Source: Candidatus Latescibacterota bacterium
Lineage (GTDB): Bacteria; Latescibacterota; UBA2968; GCA-2709665
DNA length: 64,000 nt
Direction: 5' to 3'
Assembly: GCA_965203805.1 (NCBI GenBank)
Contig: OZ241917.1
Span: forward strand, 1,984,001-2,048,000
A program made the position numbers and the translations under genes. A model generated the notes under the pieces. That model saw only the letters and a list, made by a program, of their open reading frames with translations, was not told the DNA's origin and made no database searches. Position 1 is the stretch's first letter, and each line of letters begins with the position of its first letter. Shown piece after piece: positions 21,084 to 31,177 of the stretch.

Positions 21084-22808
21084 ATGGCATACACATCCAT
21101 CGAACTGCAACTTCTGAAAAACAGGCTGGAATCCATCGTGGACGACATGGCAATCACGGTCGTTCGCACCGCCTACTCAACCATTCTCAGAAATTCGATG
21201 GACTTCTCAACCGGCTTCTGCGACGCCGGCGGCCGGCTGGTTGCCCAGGGTCTCTGCCTTCCCCTGCATCTGGGAAGCCTGCCGGACGGTCTCTCCGCCA
21301 TCCTCGAACGGTATCGCGATGCCATTGACGACGGCGATGTGTTTCTGCTCAACGATCCGTATGAAGGCGGCACGCACCTGCCCGACCTGTACATCTACAA
21401 ACCCGTGTTCGTCGACACCCGTCTGCTCGGATTCGCGACGGCGATCGCACATCACACCGACATCGGCGGCCGGGTTGCCGGCGGAAACGCATGCGACTCC
21501 ACGGAAATCTACCAGGAAGGACTGCGGATCCCGCCGCTCAAGCTCTACGCTTCCGGACGTCCGGTCCAGGCGATTTTCGACCTGATCGAACGCAACGTCC
21601 GAGTCCCCCGCAACGCGCTGGGCGACCTCCGCGCCCAACTGTCCGCCTGTCACATTGGCGAAAGCGCATTCGCCGCCCTGGCGCGGGAACAGGGTTTCGA
21701 TCGCCTTCAGAACGGATTCTCCGAGCTTCTGGATTACTCCGAACGCCTTACGCGATCGGAGATCACGGCCCTGCCGGACGGTCGCTACAGCTTTACCGAC
21801 GTACTCGACGACGACGGTATCGATCCGGGCCCGATCCCGATCACTGTCACGGTCGAGGTTGCGGGCAGCGCGCTGTCGGTAGACTTCACCGGCACTGCGC
21901 CACAGGTGGCGGGGGCCATCAACTGCGTCGCTTCTTTCACCAGGTCGGCGGTGTATGCGTGCCTGCGCTGTCTCATGCGGACGGACATCCCCACGAATTC
22001 CGGCTTCTTCCGCGCCGTTGACGTGCGCATCCCGTCCGCCACGATTGCCAACCCGGTGCCGCCGGCGCCTGTCGCCGCCCGCGGCCTCACCGGCTTTCGA
22101 CTCGCCAATACAATCATGGGCGCGCTCGCCCAGTCGGCGCCGCACATCGTACCCGCGTGCGAAGTGGGTGGAGACACTGGTATTTCTATCGGTGGATACC
22201 GGGCGGACCGCACCGCGTTCGTCCTTCTGGAGTTCCTCTTCTGCGGATGGGGGGGACGTCCGGACAGGGACGGTATTGACGGCTGCGCCAGTATCGTGGT
22301 CAATTTCTCCAACAACCCGGCCGAAGTCATCGAAGCCGAATACCCGCTACAAATTCTCGAATACGGATTTTTGCCCGACACGGGCGGGGCGGGCAAATAC
22401 CGCGGCGCCTGCTCGATTGTTCGCGAATACAGGTTTACGGAAACACAGGCGACCCTGCAGATCCGATCGGACCGCCACAAGTCCCGCGCCTACGGCCTGT
22501 CGGGAGGGCTGCCGGGATCCCCGTCCAGGAACATCCTGAACCCGCAGACGGAATCCCGGGAATTGCCCGCCAAGACGTTGCTTACCCTTAAACGAGGCGA
22601 TGTCCTGCGGCACGTACTCGCGGGGGCAGGCGGCTGGGGCAGTCCGCTGGAACGCGACCCTGAACGCGTACTGGACGATGTCCGAAACGGAAAAGTCTCA
22701 ATCCGGTCCGCCGAACGAACCTACGGCGTTGCCATCAATCCCGATACGCTGCAGATCGACGGCGCGGGCACGAGCCGGCTCCCATCCCGTTCCGGGACTG
22801 AACACTGA
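21084..22808 (+). CDS. Hydantoinase B / oxoprolinase subunit
   Basis: RTAYS..L...DFS, NDPYEGGTHLPD, HHTDIGG, EIYQEGLRIPP, GGAGKYRG, GGWGSPLERDP. Confidence 0.93.
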   Translation: MAYTSIELQLLKNRLESIVDDMAITVVRTAYSTILRNSMDFSTGFCDAGGRLVAQGLCLPLHLGSLPDGLSAILERYRDAIDDGDVFLLNDPYEGGTHLPDLYIYKPVFVDTRLLGFATAIAHHTDIGGRVAGGNACDSTEIYQEGLRIPPLKLYASGRPVQAIFDLIERNVRVPRNALGDLRAQLSACHIGESAFAALAREQGFDRLQNGFSELLDYSERLTRSEITALPDGRYSFTDVLDDDGIDPGPIPITVTVEVAGSALSVDFTGTAPQVAGAINCVASFTRSAVYACLRCLMRTDIPTNSGFFRAVDVRIPSATIANPVPPAPVAARGLTGFRLANTIMGALAQSAPHIVPACEVGGDTGISIGGYRADRTAFVLLEFLFCGWGGRPDRDGIDGCASIVVNFSNNPAEVIEAEYPLQILEYGFLPDTGGAGKYRGACSIVREYRFTETQATLQIRSDRHKSRAYGLSGGLPGSPSRNILNPQTESRELPAKTLLTLKRGDVLRHVLAGAGGWGSPLERDPERVLDDVRNGKVSIRSAERTYGVAINPDTLQIDGAGTSRLPSRSGTEH

Positions 22809-22856
22809 GCGTGCGTCAGGCATTGCCCGGCGCCGCCAACGGAACAAAAAAGGAAC

Positions 22857-22887
22857 AGCGGGGGCACACCCGGTACCGCCCGCTTTT
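22857..22887. terminator. Possible terminator between convergent hydantoinase B and A genes
   Basis: Imperfect AGCGGG...CCCGCT hairpin, followed by a short T run and preceded by an A-rich tract. Confidence 0.35.
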
Positions 22888-22915
22888 CGAACAGGAAATT
22901 CCACGGCAATTTCAC

Positions 22916-24994
22916 TCAACCCACATCGATTACGATATTCCTCCAGTCGTCCACGCGGACGGCAGCGTCCGGGGGGACCAGCGTGGTGGCGTCATAGTCT
23001 TCGACGATGACCGGGCCCGGTACGGGCGTATCCCGGAGGAAACGCCGCGACAAGACCGGTGTTTCGATCCATCCCCGGGGTTCGCCGAAATAGGCGCGCC
23101 TGCTGCCCGGTCCTCCGCCACTTCCTTCCGGCTCATGGATGTCTCTCCCGTGGGGTAACGGCGGCTGGGGCAGAAACGCACGGACCCTCAGGGTTACGAC
23201 CTCGACAGCGTCGCTCTCGGCGCGGTGTCCGTACGTCCGCTCGTGTTCGGCTTCAAAAGCGTCCCTCAGGTCGGCCAGAGTACCGCGGTTCCATCGCCCC
23301 AGGGGCGCCCTGATCGAGAGTTCAAAGGATTGCCCCGCATACCTGAGATCCACGAAGTTTTCCACGGTTGATCCTGGCAACCTCTCTCTGGCCTCGTCAG
23401 CCATCCTTCCAAATGTGGACTGTAGCTCAACCGGTTCTGTTTCCGTCAGGTGTTTCAGCCTGGTTTGCGCCAGATCGTACTGCATTCCCGCGGCGACCAG
23501 ACCGATCGCGCTGAAGAGTCCCGGGGCCGGCGGAACCAGCACCTCCTTAATTCCGAGCGCTCCGGCCATTCCGACGGCGTGCAGGGGACCGCTTCCGCCG
23601 AAGGCCAGTAACGAATACCTTCGGGGATCGCGGCCGCGCTCAGACGAAACCGCCCTTACGGCCCTCACCATTCGGGCAACCGCGATCCGGTGCGCACCGA
23701 GGGCGGCCTCATCCTCCCCCACGTCCATTTCCGACACGACCCATTCCCGCAGGGCGCTTCGGGCCGACGCGACGTCCAGAGACAGGCTGCCGCCAGCCGG
23801 TCCTTCGGGATTCAGATATCCCAGCAGCAGGTTGGCGTCGGTGAGCGCAGGCCGATTCCCCCCGCGCCGATAGCTGGCCGGTCCGGGGTCCGCTCCGGCA
23901 CTCTCCGGTCCCACCTGAAGCGCTCCGCCGCCGTCAACGTGCAGGATACTGCCGCCGCCTGTCCCGATTTCGGCCAGATCGATACAGGGGACCCGGATCG
24001 GGTACCCTCCCCCGGCCATCAATCTTCCCGCAACAGACAACCCGCCGCCGACCTCATAATCCGATATGCGAGAGATACGACCGCCTTCGACGAGCGACGC
24101 CTTGGCCGTCGTCCCGCCCATATCGAACGCAATCAGATCCGGGCATCCGATGCGCCGTCCCAGCGCCGCGGCAGCGACCACCCCGGCGGCCGGCCCGGAT
24201 TCGAGAATCTGAACCGGGCGCTCGACCGCAGTTGTGGTCCCGGTGACTCCACCGCTCGACTGCATGATCCTCAGCGGCGCGTCGATGTCCAGGGCCTTCA
24301 CCCGTGCGTGAAGATCACCCAGGTAGCCCTGCACCACGGGCATGACGTATGCGTTTATCACCGTGGTGCTCGTCCGCTCGTATTCCTTGATCTCAGGCAG
24401 GACATCGGACGACAGCGAGACTGTCCACCGCCCGGCTGCACGCAGCATCTCGCCGATCCTGATCTCGTGGCCGGGATTCACGTACGCATTGAGCAGACAC
24501 ACCGCGACCGACACCACACGCTCTCTCTCCAGGTGTTCGATCGCAACGTGAACGCTCTCCTCGTCCAGTGTTTCCAATACGTCGCCGGCGGCGTCAATCC
24601 GTTCATTGACCTCCAGCCGGAGATACCGGGGCACGAGTGGTTTCGGCTTCTCCCATGAAAGATCGTACAGCCGGGGCGCCCGCAGCCGCCCGATCTCCAG
24701 CACGTCGCGAAAACCCCGTGTTGTAATCAGGCCGGTGCGCGCCCCGGTGCCCCCCAAAACGGCATTGGTCGCCACGGTGGTACCGTGGATGACTTCCGTC
24801 ACCTCCGCCCCCGCTCCCATGACAACCTGACTCACACCATCCACGATGGCAGTCCCGTAATCTCCGGGAGTGGACGGCAGCTTGCAGACTGCCACGCGGC
24901 CGTCCCTGTCCACAGCCACAACATCCGTAAAGGTGCCGCCGATATCGATGCCAATACGCACGGTCGTTACGATCCGGTTAGCGGGTGTCCTCAA
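22916..24994 (-). CDS. Hydantoinase A / oxoprolinase subunit
   Basis: IGIDIGGTFTD, HGTTVATNA, EYERTSTT, ESGPAAG, DMGGTT, GPESAGADPGP; start may be GTG 24961. Confidence 0.93.
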   Translation of the reverse strand: MRTPANRIVTTVRIGIDIGGTFTDVVAVDRDGRVAVCKLPSTPGDYGTAIVDGVSQVVMGAGAEVTEVIHGTTVATNAVLGGTGARTGLITTRGFRDVLEIGRLRAPRLYDLSWEKPKPLVPRYLRLEVNERIDAAGDVLETLDEESVHVAIEHLERERVVSVAVCLLNAYVNPGHEIRIGEMLRAAGRWTVSLSSDVLPEIKEYERTSTTVINAYVMPVVQGYLGDLHARVKALDIDAPLRIMQSSGGVTGTTTAVERPVQILESGPAAGVVAAAALGRRIGCPDLIAFDMGGTTAKASLVEGGRISRISDYEVGGGLSVAGRLMAGGGYPIRVPCIDLAEIGTGGGSILHVDGGGALQVGPESAGADPGPASYRRGGNRPALTDANLLLGYLNPEGPAGGSLSLDVASARSALREWVVSEMDVGEDEAALGAHRIAVARMVRAVRAVSSERGRDPRRYSLLAFGGSGPLHAVGMAGALGIKEVLVPPAPGLFSAIGLVAAGMQYDLAQTRLKHLTETEPVELQSTFGRMADEARERLPGSTVENFVDLRYAGQSFELSIRAPLGRWNRGTLADLRDAFEAEHERTYGHRAESDAVEVVTLRVRAFLPQPPLPHGRDIHEPEGSGGGPGSRRAYFGEPRGWIETPVLSRRFLRDTPVPGPVIVEDYDATTLVPPDAAVRVDDWRNIVIDVG

Positions 24995-26316
24995 TCCATG
25001 AAGAGATACCTGGCGATGAAGATCACCGCCAGCAGATCCACCAGCGGGTTCACTTCATCACCACGACCTCCCAGCCGTTTGACAATGGGAAACGCGATAA
25101 ACCCCAACGCAAGTCCGTCCGAGATACTGAATGTTAACGGCATGGCGATCATCGTCAGAAACGCCGGCAACGCATCCGTGACTTCGTCCCACTTCACGTT
25201 CACTACCGACGCCATCATCAGCACGCCCACTACGATCAGCGCGGGCGCGGTTGCAAACGCGGGAATGGCCTCCATCAACGGCGTAAGGAAAAGCGCGAGC
25301 AGAAACATGGCGCCCGTCACCACACTTGCGAAACCGGTGCGCGCGCCGGCCGAAATGCCCGCCGCACTTTCGATATACGTCGTCACCGTCGACGTCCCGA
25401 AGAGGGAGCCGAACATCGTGCCCAATGAATCGGCCAGCAGCGCACGGTTGGCACGTGGAAGGCGGCCGCATTCGTCCATGAATCCGGCCCTGCCGGACAC
25501 GCCGACCAGCGTACCCATCGTGTCGAACAGATCAACAAACAGGAATACAAGGACAATGCCGATCAGTCCCACGTCGAGCGCGGCCGTCAGGTTGACGGCC
25601 GCGACGCCGAACAATCGATCCGGCCAGACGGGAAAGCCGATAATGCCCTGAGGTGGCGCAGCCACGCCGGTCACCATACCCAGAACCGCCACGCCCAGCA
25701 TTCCCAGCAATATGGCTCCCTTGACACCTCTTGCCAACATGACGCCTGTACCCAGCACGCCCAACAACGTAAGTCCAACGGGACCGCTTCTGATATCGCC
25801 CAGCGCGATCAGCGTCGCCGTGTCTCCGGCTACGATTCCCGCGTTCTGCAGTCCGATAAACGCGATAAACAGGCCGATGCCGCACGCCGTCGCCTGTTTT
25901 ATGGCGTCGGGTACCGCGTTTATTATCGCTTCCCTAACACGTACCAGCGTCAACAACGTGAATAGAATGCCTGACGCAAGAACCACACCCAATGCGAGAT
26001 CCCAACGTACCCCCATGCCGAGTACGACCGAATAGGCGAAGAAGGCGTTCAGACCCATACCGGGCGCCAGCGCAAACGGGTAATTCGATGCGACGCCCAT
26101 GATCAGCGTCGCCATTGCCGCTGAAATGCACGTTGCGAACAACAACTCTCCAAACAGATCCTTACCCAGCGCTTCCGACAACATACCCGGATTCACCGCA
26201 ATTATGTACGCCATCGTTACAAACGTCGTCAGCCCGCCAACCACTTCCGTACGGAAGGTTGCACCGTTCTCTTCGAATTGAAAATACCTCGCAATCGCCC
26301 CCATTCGTCTCTCCAT
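24991..26316 (-). CDS. NCS2/AzgA-family purine permease
   Basis: EVVGGLTTFVTMAYII.VNP, APGMGLNAFF, GIGLFIAFIG, FDTMGT, TTYIESAAG..AG.RTG. Confidence 0.93.
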   Translation of the reverse strand: MERRMGAIARYFQFEENGATFRTEVVGGLTTFVTMAYIIAVNPGMLSEALGKDLFGELLFATCISAAMATLIMGVASNYPFALAPGMGLNAFFAYSVVLGMGVRWDLALGVVLASGILFTLLTLVRVREAIINAVPDAIKQATACGIGLFIAFIGLQNAGIVAGDTATLIALGDIRSGPVGLTLLGVLGTGVMLARGVKGAILLGMLGVAVLGMVTGVAAPPQGIIGFPVWPDRLFGVAAVNLTAALDVGLIGIVLVFLFVDLFDTMGTLVGVSGRAGFMDECGRLPRANRALLADSLGTMFGSLFGTSTVTTYIESAAGISAGARTGFASVVTGAMFLLALFLTPLMEAIPAFATAPALIVVGVLMMASVVNVKWDEVTDALPAFLTMIAMPLTFSISDGLALGFIAFPIVKRLGGRGDEVNPLVDLLAVIFIARYLFMD

Positions 26317-26536
26317 CCGCGAATTCCTCCGCCATTCGCCCGCATTCTGCCTTCAAGCGCCGGTTGGCCGGTTTTTGACATTTCGGAACCCATCGTCCGG
26401 GCAGTCGGCTTTAGGCTTGATTTTGCATTGAACTTATATACCTTAATCCCTGTCGGCGAACCTTCAATTCAGCGATCAACTGCATTCGGCCTGCCCCTTT
26501 GAACTGACGATTTGGAGCAGACCACGGAGCCCGGGG

Positions 26537-27301
26537 ATGTCGGAAGATATCGGATCGATCCTCAAAAGCTGGCCGTACGATCCGCAAAACAGCATCCGTA
26601 AGGTAATCGATCCCCGCGGCGTGGAAAAAATCCAGGTTCGAGTGGACCAGGGCGCGTTCCAGGGTGTTCTGCAGATGGAACTGGACGGGCGCCCCGACGG
26701 CCAGAAACCCTACAATCAGACCTTCGTCCTGGACTACCACAAGAAACTCCTGCAGAAACACGTGGGCGCGTCCGGGTCGCCCGCGGGCTTCATTCTGGAC
26801 GAGCGCGCCTGTTCCGAAATCTTCGATGAAAGCCGGCGGATATACGAGCGTTACGTCTTTCTTCTGCAAATTCGGGACTACAACCGGGTTGTGCGCGATA
26901 CCGAGAGAAACATGGACGTTTTCCGATTTGTTAACAGGTATGCGGAACGCGCAGAAGACCGGGAAAATCTTGAAAAGTGGTGGCCGTACATTCTAAGAAT
27001 CCACGCCGTCGCCCGGGTGATGATTGCAACCCAGCAGGAAGATTACGATACTGCGCTCGAGATCATCCGCGAGGCGCAGGCGAAGATCGCAGACCTCGAC
27101 GGCGTTGAGGCCGAAGAGTTCGAAACGGAAAAAAAGCGGTCTCAGGACTCTCTTAGAGAATTGGAAGACGAAATACTGAGCAAACGCCCTCAGAGTCCCG
27201 CGGAAAAACTCAGGGAGGAACTGGCTCAAGCCGTCGAGGAAGAAGACTTCGAACGCGCCGCGGCGATCCGCGACAAGATATGGGAACTGGAAGAGAACTA
27301 G
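26537..27301 (+). CDS. Protein with C-terminal UVR (UvrB/UvrC) motif
   Basis: LQMELDGRPDG.KP; C-terminal L..AVEEEDFERAAAIRDKI. Confidence 0.8.
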   Translation: MSEDIGSILKSWPYDPQNSIRKVIDPRGVEKIQVRVDQGAFQGVLQMELDGRPDGQKPYNQTFVLDYHKKLLQKHVGASGSPAGFILDERACSEIFDESRRIYERYVFLLQIRDYNRVVRDTERNMDVFRFVNRYAERAEDRENLEKWWPYILRIHAVARVMIATQQEDYDTALEIIREAQAKIADLDGVEAEEFETEKKRSQDSLRELEDEILSKRPQSPAEKLREELAQAVEEEDFERAAAIRDKIWELEEN

Positions 27302-27454
27302 CGTGTACCGGGTTTCCCCCATTGATCCGGAAAAGGCTTGACGTATCCGATCCGTTTCGGAATTCGCAGGAACACGGACGCGGCACCTTCATAATAGTCA
27401 AATTCAGAGGAATCCTGCAAGACATTTAACACACGGACGCGGGTGTTAACCTGC

Positions 27455-27590
27455 GATTCGTCATTTTTCGGGGACGTCAGTTCGAATATACGCAATTTGA
27501 AAAAGGCGATTTGACATCGGACTTCCAGGAACCTTCAGGTCACTCGACGGTAAAGAAAAGTGTGCTTCCGGACGACCTTTTCGGACCGTT
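27455..27590. repeat. Dispersed intergenic element, copy 2
   Basis: Matches 10736-10873. Confidence 0.85.
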
Positions 27591-27721
27591 TCGAAAGATC
27601 TCGTCACAGCATCGCGTTGTTGCTTTGGTCGAATTGACGTTAATGGAGATGACTCCAGGGAGTGCATCCGCGAGCAAGGGCCCGACCGCTGGTAGAATAA
27701 CCTCGCGGTATCAGAAACATC

Positions 27722-27750
27722 TTGACTTTTCGCTGCAAAACCAATACAAT
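27722..27750 (+). promoter_or_regulatory. Sigma70 promoter of the ilvB leader
   Basis: TTGACT-N17-TACAAT. Confidence 0.75.
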
Positions 27751-27873
27751 ACCCGTCCACGGAAAGACGTTCATCCGTCGTCGCGTCTACCGCAGGTCGT
27801 GCTCCGGGTCGGGGTAATTATACAATCATAACAGGAAGACGAGGCCGCGGAGTCGTTTGAAGGAATTCTCCCA

Positions 27874-27981
27874 ATGGTTCCCAATCTGTGCGATCTCCCC
27901 GTTGCAGTCATGGTCGACAGAAGCGCCAGCCGGATCGGCGGCCTTCCGGTATCCGTATCGAGGTGGCGGCGGGGTGCGTAG
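27874..27981 (+). CDS. ilvB attenuator leader peptide (35 aa; 6 Val, 3 Leu, 1 Ile)
   Basis: GAAGGA RBS; MVPNLCDLPVAVMVDRSASRIGGLPVSVSRWRRGA*; its 3' end pairs with the terminator 5' arm. Confidence 0.7.
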   Translation: MVPNLCDLPVAVMVDRSASRIGGLPVSVSRWRRGA

Positions 27982-28009
27982 CCGGATTGGCAAATGCACG
28001 AATGTAGCC

Positions 28010-28043
28010 CGCCGTCGATGTCGATTCGACGGCGTTTTTGTTT
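28010..28043 (+). terminator. ilvB attenuator terminator
   Basis: CGCCGTCGA-7 nt-TCGACGGCG followed by TTTTTGTTT. Confidence 0.8.
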
Positions 28044-28140
28044 GCCGTCTTCGCGTATACATTTGACGGATCGCCTGCACGTGTTTATATTGCATTAAAT
28101 AATTATAAAATGGCATCTTAAATTCAGGAGTAAACGCCAG

Positions 28141-29916
28141 ATGGCAAAGCAATCCGAGCAAGTCCTCGCATCCGAAACCAACGGACGCCCTGAACGGCAG
28201 ATGGGGTTCGGTGGCGCGGCGGCGTCTCCCCCGTCACCGATGAAGGGCGCGGATATCCTGGTGGAAGCACTGGTCCGGGAAGGTGTCGATGTCATTTTCG
28301 GTTATCCTGGCGGCGCCAGTATGGAAATTCACCAGGCGCTCACACGTTCCAGAGTCCGAAACGTCCTGTGTCGGCATGAACAGGGTGAGATCTTTGCCGC
28401 AGAAGGCTTTGCCAAGGCATCCGGCAGGGTTGGCGTGTGTCTTGCCACGTCAGGTCCGGGAGCCACCAACCTGGTCACCGGGTTGGCCGACGCGAAGATG
28501 GATTCCGTCCCCCTGGTCGCCATAACGGGTCAGGTTGCGACACACGTGATGGGCGGCGACGCCTTTCAGGAAACTCCCATCGTCGAGGTCACCCGGCAGA
28601 TTACCAAACATAACTTCCTGATAGACCGCATCGAGGATATTCCCCGCGTCGTAAAGGAATCCTTCTACATCGCAAACACCGGCCGGCCCGGACCCGTGTT
28701 GATCGACGTACCGAAAGACGTGCAGCAGGCACTGCACGCGCCCCTGTGGCCGGACGACGTGGCCATTCGAAGCTACAATCCGAAGATCAGGGCCGACAGC
28801 GAGTCCATCGATCAGGTCGTCGGCGCGATCCGGGAAGCCAAACGGCCGGTTCTCTATGTCGGCGGGGGCATTGTGGCCGCCGGGGCCGCCGAGCAGCTGC
28901 GCGAGCTTGTCCGCAAGACCAATATTCCCGTGGTGCAAACGCTCATGGGGCTTGGCGTTTTTCCGGAAACCCACCCGCTCTCGCTCAGGATGGTTGGCAT
29001 GCACGGCACCGTATACGCCAACTACGCGATCAATCACGCGGACCTGTTGCTGGCCATGGGCGTTCGCTTCGATGACCGTGTCACGGGAAAGCTCGAGGAA
29101 TTCTGCAAACATGGCAGAATCGTGCACGTCGACATCGACCCGTCTGAAATCAATAAAAACAAGACCGCGCACATTCCTGTGGTCAGCGATGTCAGATTCG
29201 CACTTGAGGACCTGAATAAACAGGTGGAGCCCGGAGACTACACATCGTGGCATGCCGAATTGGAAACCTGGCGACGAAAACATCCGCTCGCTTACCAGGA
29301 AGCGGACGACGAAATCCTGCCTCAGCACGCCATCGACCTGCTGTACCGAATGACGGGCGGAAAGGCCGTGGTCTCTACGGGGGTGGGTCAGCATCAGATG
29401 TGGGCCGCCCAGTATTACCTGTTCGACGAGCCGCGCAACTGGCTCACGTCGGGAGGGCTTGGCGCGATGGGCTTCGGCCTGCCCGCCGCACTGGGCGCGC
29501 AACTGGCCAGGCCGGGCGAACTCGTCGTGAACATCGACGGCGACGGGAGCTTTGTGATGAATGTCCAGGAGCTGGCCACTCTATACGTTGAGAAGCTCCC
29601 CGTCAAGACGATCGTTATCAACAACCAGCATCTGGGAATGGTGGTTCAGTGGGAAGACCGGTTCTATCAGAGCAACCGGGGGCACACGTTCATCGGCGAT
29701 CCGGACGGCGGGATCCATCCCGATTTTGTCAGAATCGCAGAAGGTTTCGGAATTCCGTCGGCACGCGTAGACCGAAAGAAGGATCTTCAGAGCGCCCTGG
29801 AACGCCTGCTCGAGACACCCGGGCCCTATGTGCTGGATGTGATCGTGCCGTACCAGGAGCACGTCCTGCCCATGATCCCCGCCGGCCACACCTTCGCGGA
29901 TATTATAACCGAATGA
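28141..29916 (+). CDS. ilvB: Acetolactate synthase large subunit
   Basis: [73 protein letters not shown]. Confidence 0.96.
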   Translation: MAKQSEQVLASETNGRPERQMGFGGAAASPPSPMKGADILVEALVREGVDVIFGYPGGASMEIHQALTRSRVRNVLCRHEQGEIFAAEGFAKASGRVGVCLATSGPGATNLVTGLADAKMDSVPLVAITGQVATHVMGGDAFQETPIVEVTRQITKHNFLIDRIEDIPRVVKESFYIANTGRPGPVLIDVPKDVQQALHAPLWPDDVAIRSYNPKIRADSESIDQVVGAIREAKRPVLYVGGGIVAAGAAEQLRELVRKTNIPVVQTLMGLGVFPETHPLSLRMVGMHGTVYANYAINHADLLLAMGVRFDDRVTGKLEEFCKHGRIVHVDIDPSEINKNKTAHIPVVSDVRFALEDLNKQVEPGDYTSWHAELETWRRKHPLAYQEADDEILPQHAIDLLYRMTGGKAVVSTGVGQHQMWAAQYYLFDEPRNWLTSGGLGAMGFGLPAALGAQLARPGELVVNIDGDGSFVMNVQELATLYVEKLPVKTIVINNQHLGMVVQWEDRFYQSNRGHTFIGDPDGGIHPDFVRIAEGFGIPSARVDRKKDLQSALERLLETPGPYVLDVIVPYQEHVLPMIPAGHTFADIITE

Positions 29917-29937
29917 ATCCAGATAAAGAGATTGACC

Positions 29938-29969
29938 TCCGGATGTTGTCCTGCAACATCCGGATTTTT
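29938..29969 (+). terminator. Intrinsic terminator after ilvB
   Basis: TCCGGATGTTG-5 nt-CAACATCCGGA then TTTTT. Confidence 0.85.
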
Positions 29970-29979
29970 GTGCCTGCCT

Positions 29980-30008
29980 GGAACGCCGGCGGCAGCGTGC
30001 ATGTCTAA
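29980..30008 (+). promoter_or_regulatory. ECF-type promoter (putative autoregulation)
   Basis: GGAAC-N18-GTCTAA; the same motif and spacing recur at 32047. Confidence 0.6.
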
Positions 30009-30146
30009 GAATCGGAAAGACGGGATTCGGGCTGCGCGCCCGGCCTCATAGCCTGACGAGGCTGTTTTTCAGACATCACCGCCGGTTGCCCTGTACAGCC
30101 GCGATAACTGCTGGTATGGACCCATGCCGTGTATTCGGGAGCCCGA

Positions 30147-30737
30147 ATGGGTGAAGATCTGGATCTGGTCAGACGCTGCCAGGAAGGAGACCATCAGGCG
30201 TATCGCGCGCTCGTGGAGCGCTACGAAGGGCGGATCTACAACCTTGCCTGCTCAATTGTCGGCGACCGGGAAGCCGCTCGCGATGCCGCACAGACCGCCT
30301 TCATTCGGGCATACCAGGCACTTCCCGGATTCCGTGCCGACGCCGGCTTCTACACCTGGCTCTACAGAATTGCCGTCAACGTCTGCCTCAACGCGGCCCA
30401 GAAAGAAAAACGCCGTCGCGATACCACCTCGCTCGACGATCTGCTGGAATCGGGGCATTTTTATTCGGAACACCTCTGGGAACGTCGCACACCCCACGGC
30501 GATTTCGAGCGGATGCAGTTGCAGGAAACGATCCAGAGAATTCTGGATCATCTTTCGCCCGACCACCGGCTGGTCATCGTCCTCAAGGACATACAGGGAT
30601 TCTCGCAGGAAGAAATTTCGGAAACGCTGAATTGTTCGGTCGGTACAGTCAAATCTCGTCTTTCTCGGGCACGCGCGAATCTGAGGGATTTACTCCGTCC
30701 CGTTTACGACGAATGGAGAGAGGGGTCAGCGCCATGA
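30147..30737 (+). CDS. ECF RNA polymerase sigma factor
   Basis: D..Q.AFIRAY..L..FR....FYTWLYRIAVN; EISETLNCSVGTVKSRLSRAR. Confidence 0.95.
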   Translation: MGEDLDLVRRCQEGDHQAYRALVERYEGRIYNLACSIVGDREAARDAAQTAFIRAYQALPGFRADAGFYTWLYRIAVNVCLNAAQKEKRRRDTTSLDDLLESGHFYSEHLWERRTPHGDFERMQLQETIQRILDHLSPDHRLVIVLKDIQGFSQEEISETLNCSVGTVKSRLSRARANLRDLLRPVYDEWREGSAP

Positions 30738-31174
30738 GAGATTCCGACGTCAAAGTCCTTTTGCCCGACTACCTGGAATCCAATTTGCCGGCCGAACTGA
30801 TGCGGGAGGTCGAGGCGCACCTGGCAGTTTCGGCCGCCTGCCGGGATGAACTGGATTATCTCAAGCGCCTGCAACGCCTGCTTGCAGGCAGACCTGAATC
30901 CGCGTCGCCCGGGCTCTGGCGGAGCATTGCGCGGCAAATTGCCGTCGAAGACGTCGCGGAGCCGTGGCGACAGTTCGAATGGGTAGGAAAGAGGTTGCTT
31001 CCCGGCCTGGCCGCCGCAGTCCTGCTTCTGGCGGTCCTCGGCAATCTCACGACCGAAGCGCCGGCCCTTACGCTGGAAGACTATCTGAATGCCCAGTGGG
31101 ATGAACAGGAAACCGAAATGCTTACCGACGCCGAGCTAACCGGCGACGTCCTGGAAGCATTACAATCGAGGTAG
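30734..31174 (+). CDS. Anti-sigma factor (degenerate zf-HC2, one TM)
   Basis: LL.DYLE..L......EVEAHLAVSAACRDEL, then a TM segment; ATGA overlap with the sigma gene. Confidence 0.85.
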   Translation: MRDSDVKVLLPDYLESNLPAELMREVEAHLAVSAACRDELDYLKRLQRLLAGRPESASPGLWRSIARQIAVEDVAEPWRQFEWVGKRLLPGLAAAVLLLAVLGNLTTEAPALTLEDYLNAQWDEQETEMLTDAELTGDVLEALQSR

Positions 31175-31177
31175 TCC

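Noticed and set aside
27372-27449. 12-bp direct repeat ACACGGACGCGG and TTAACAC/GTGTTAA palindrome
   Set aside because: Too short and only two copies; no function can be assigned, though it abuts repeat copy 2
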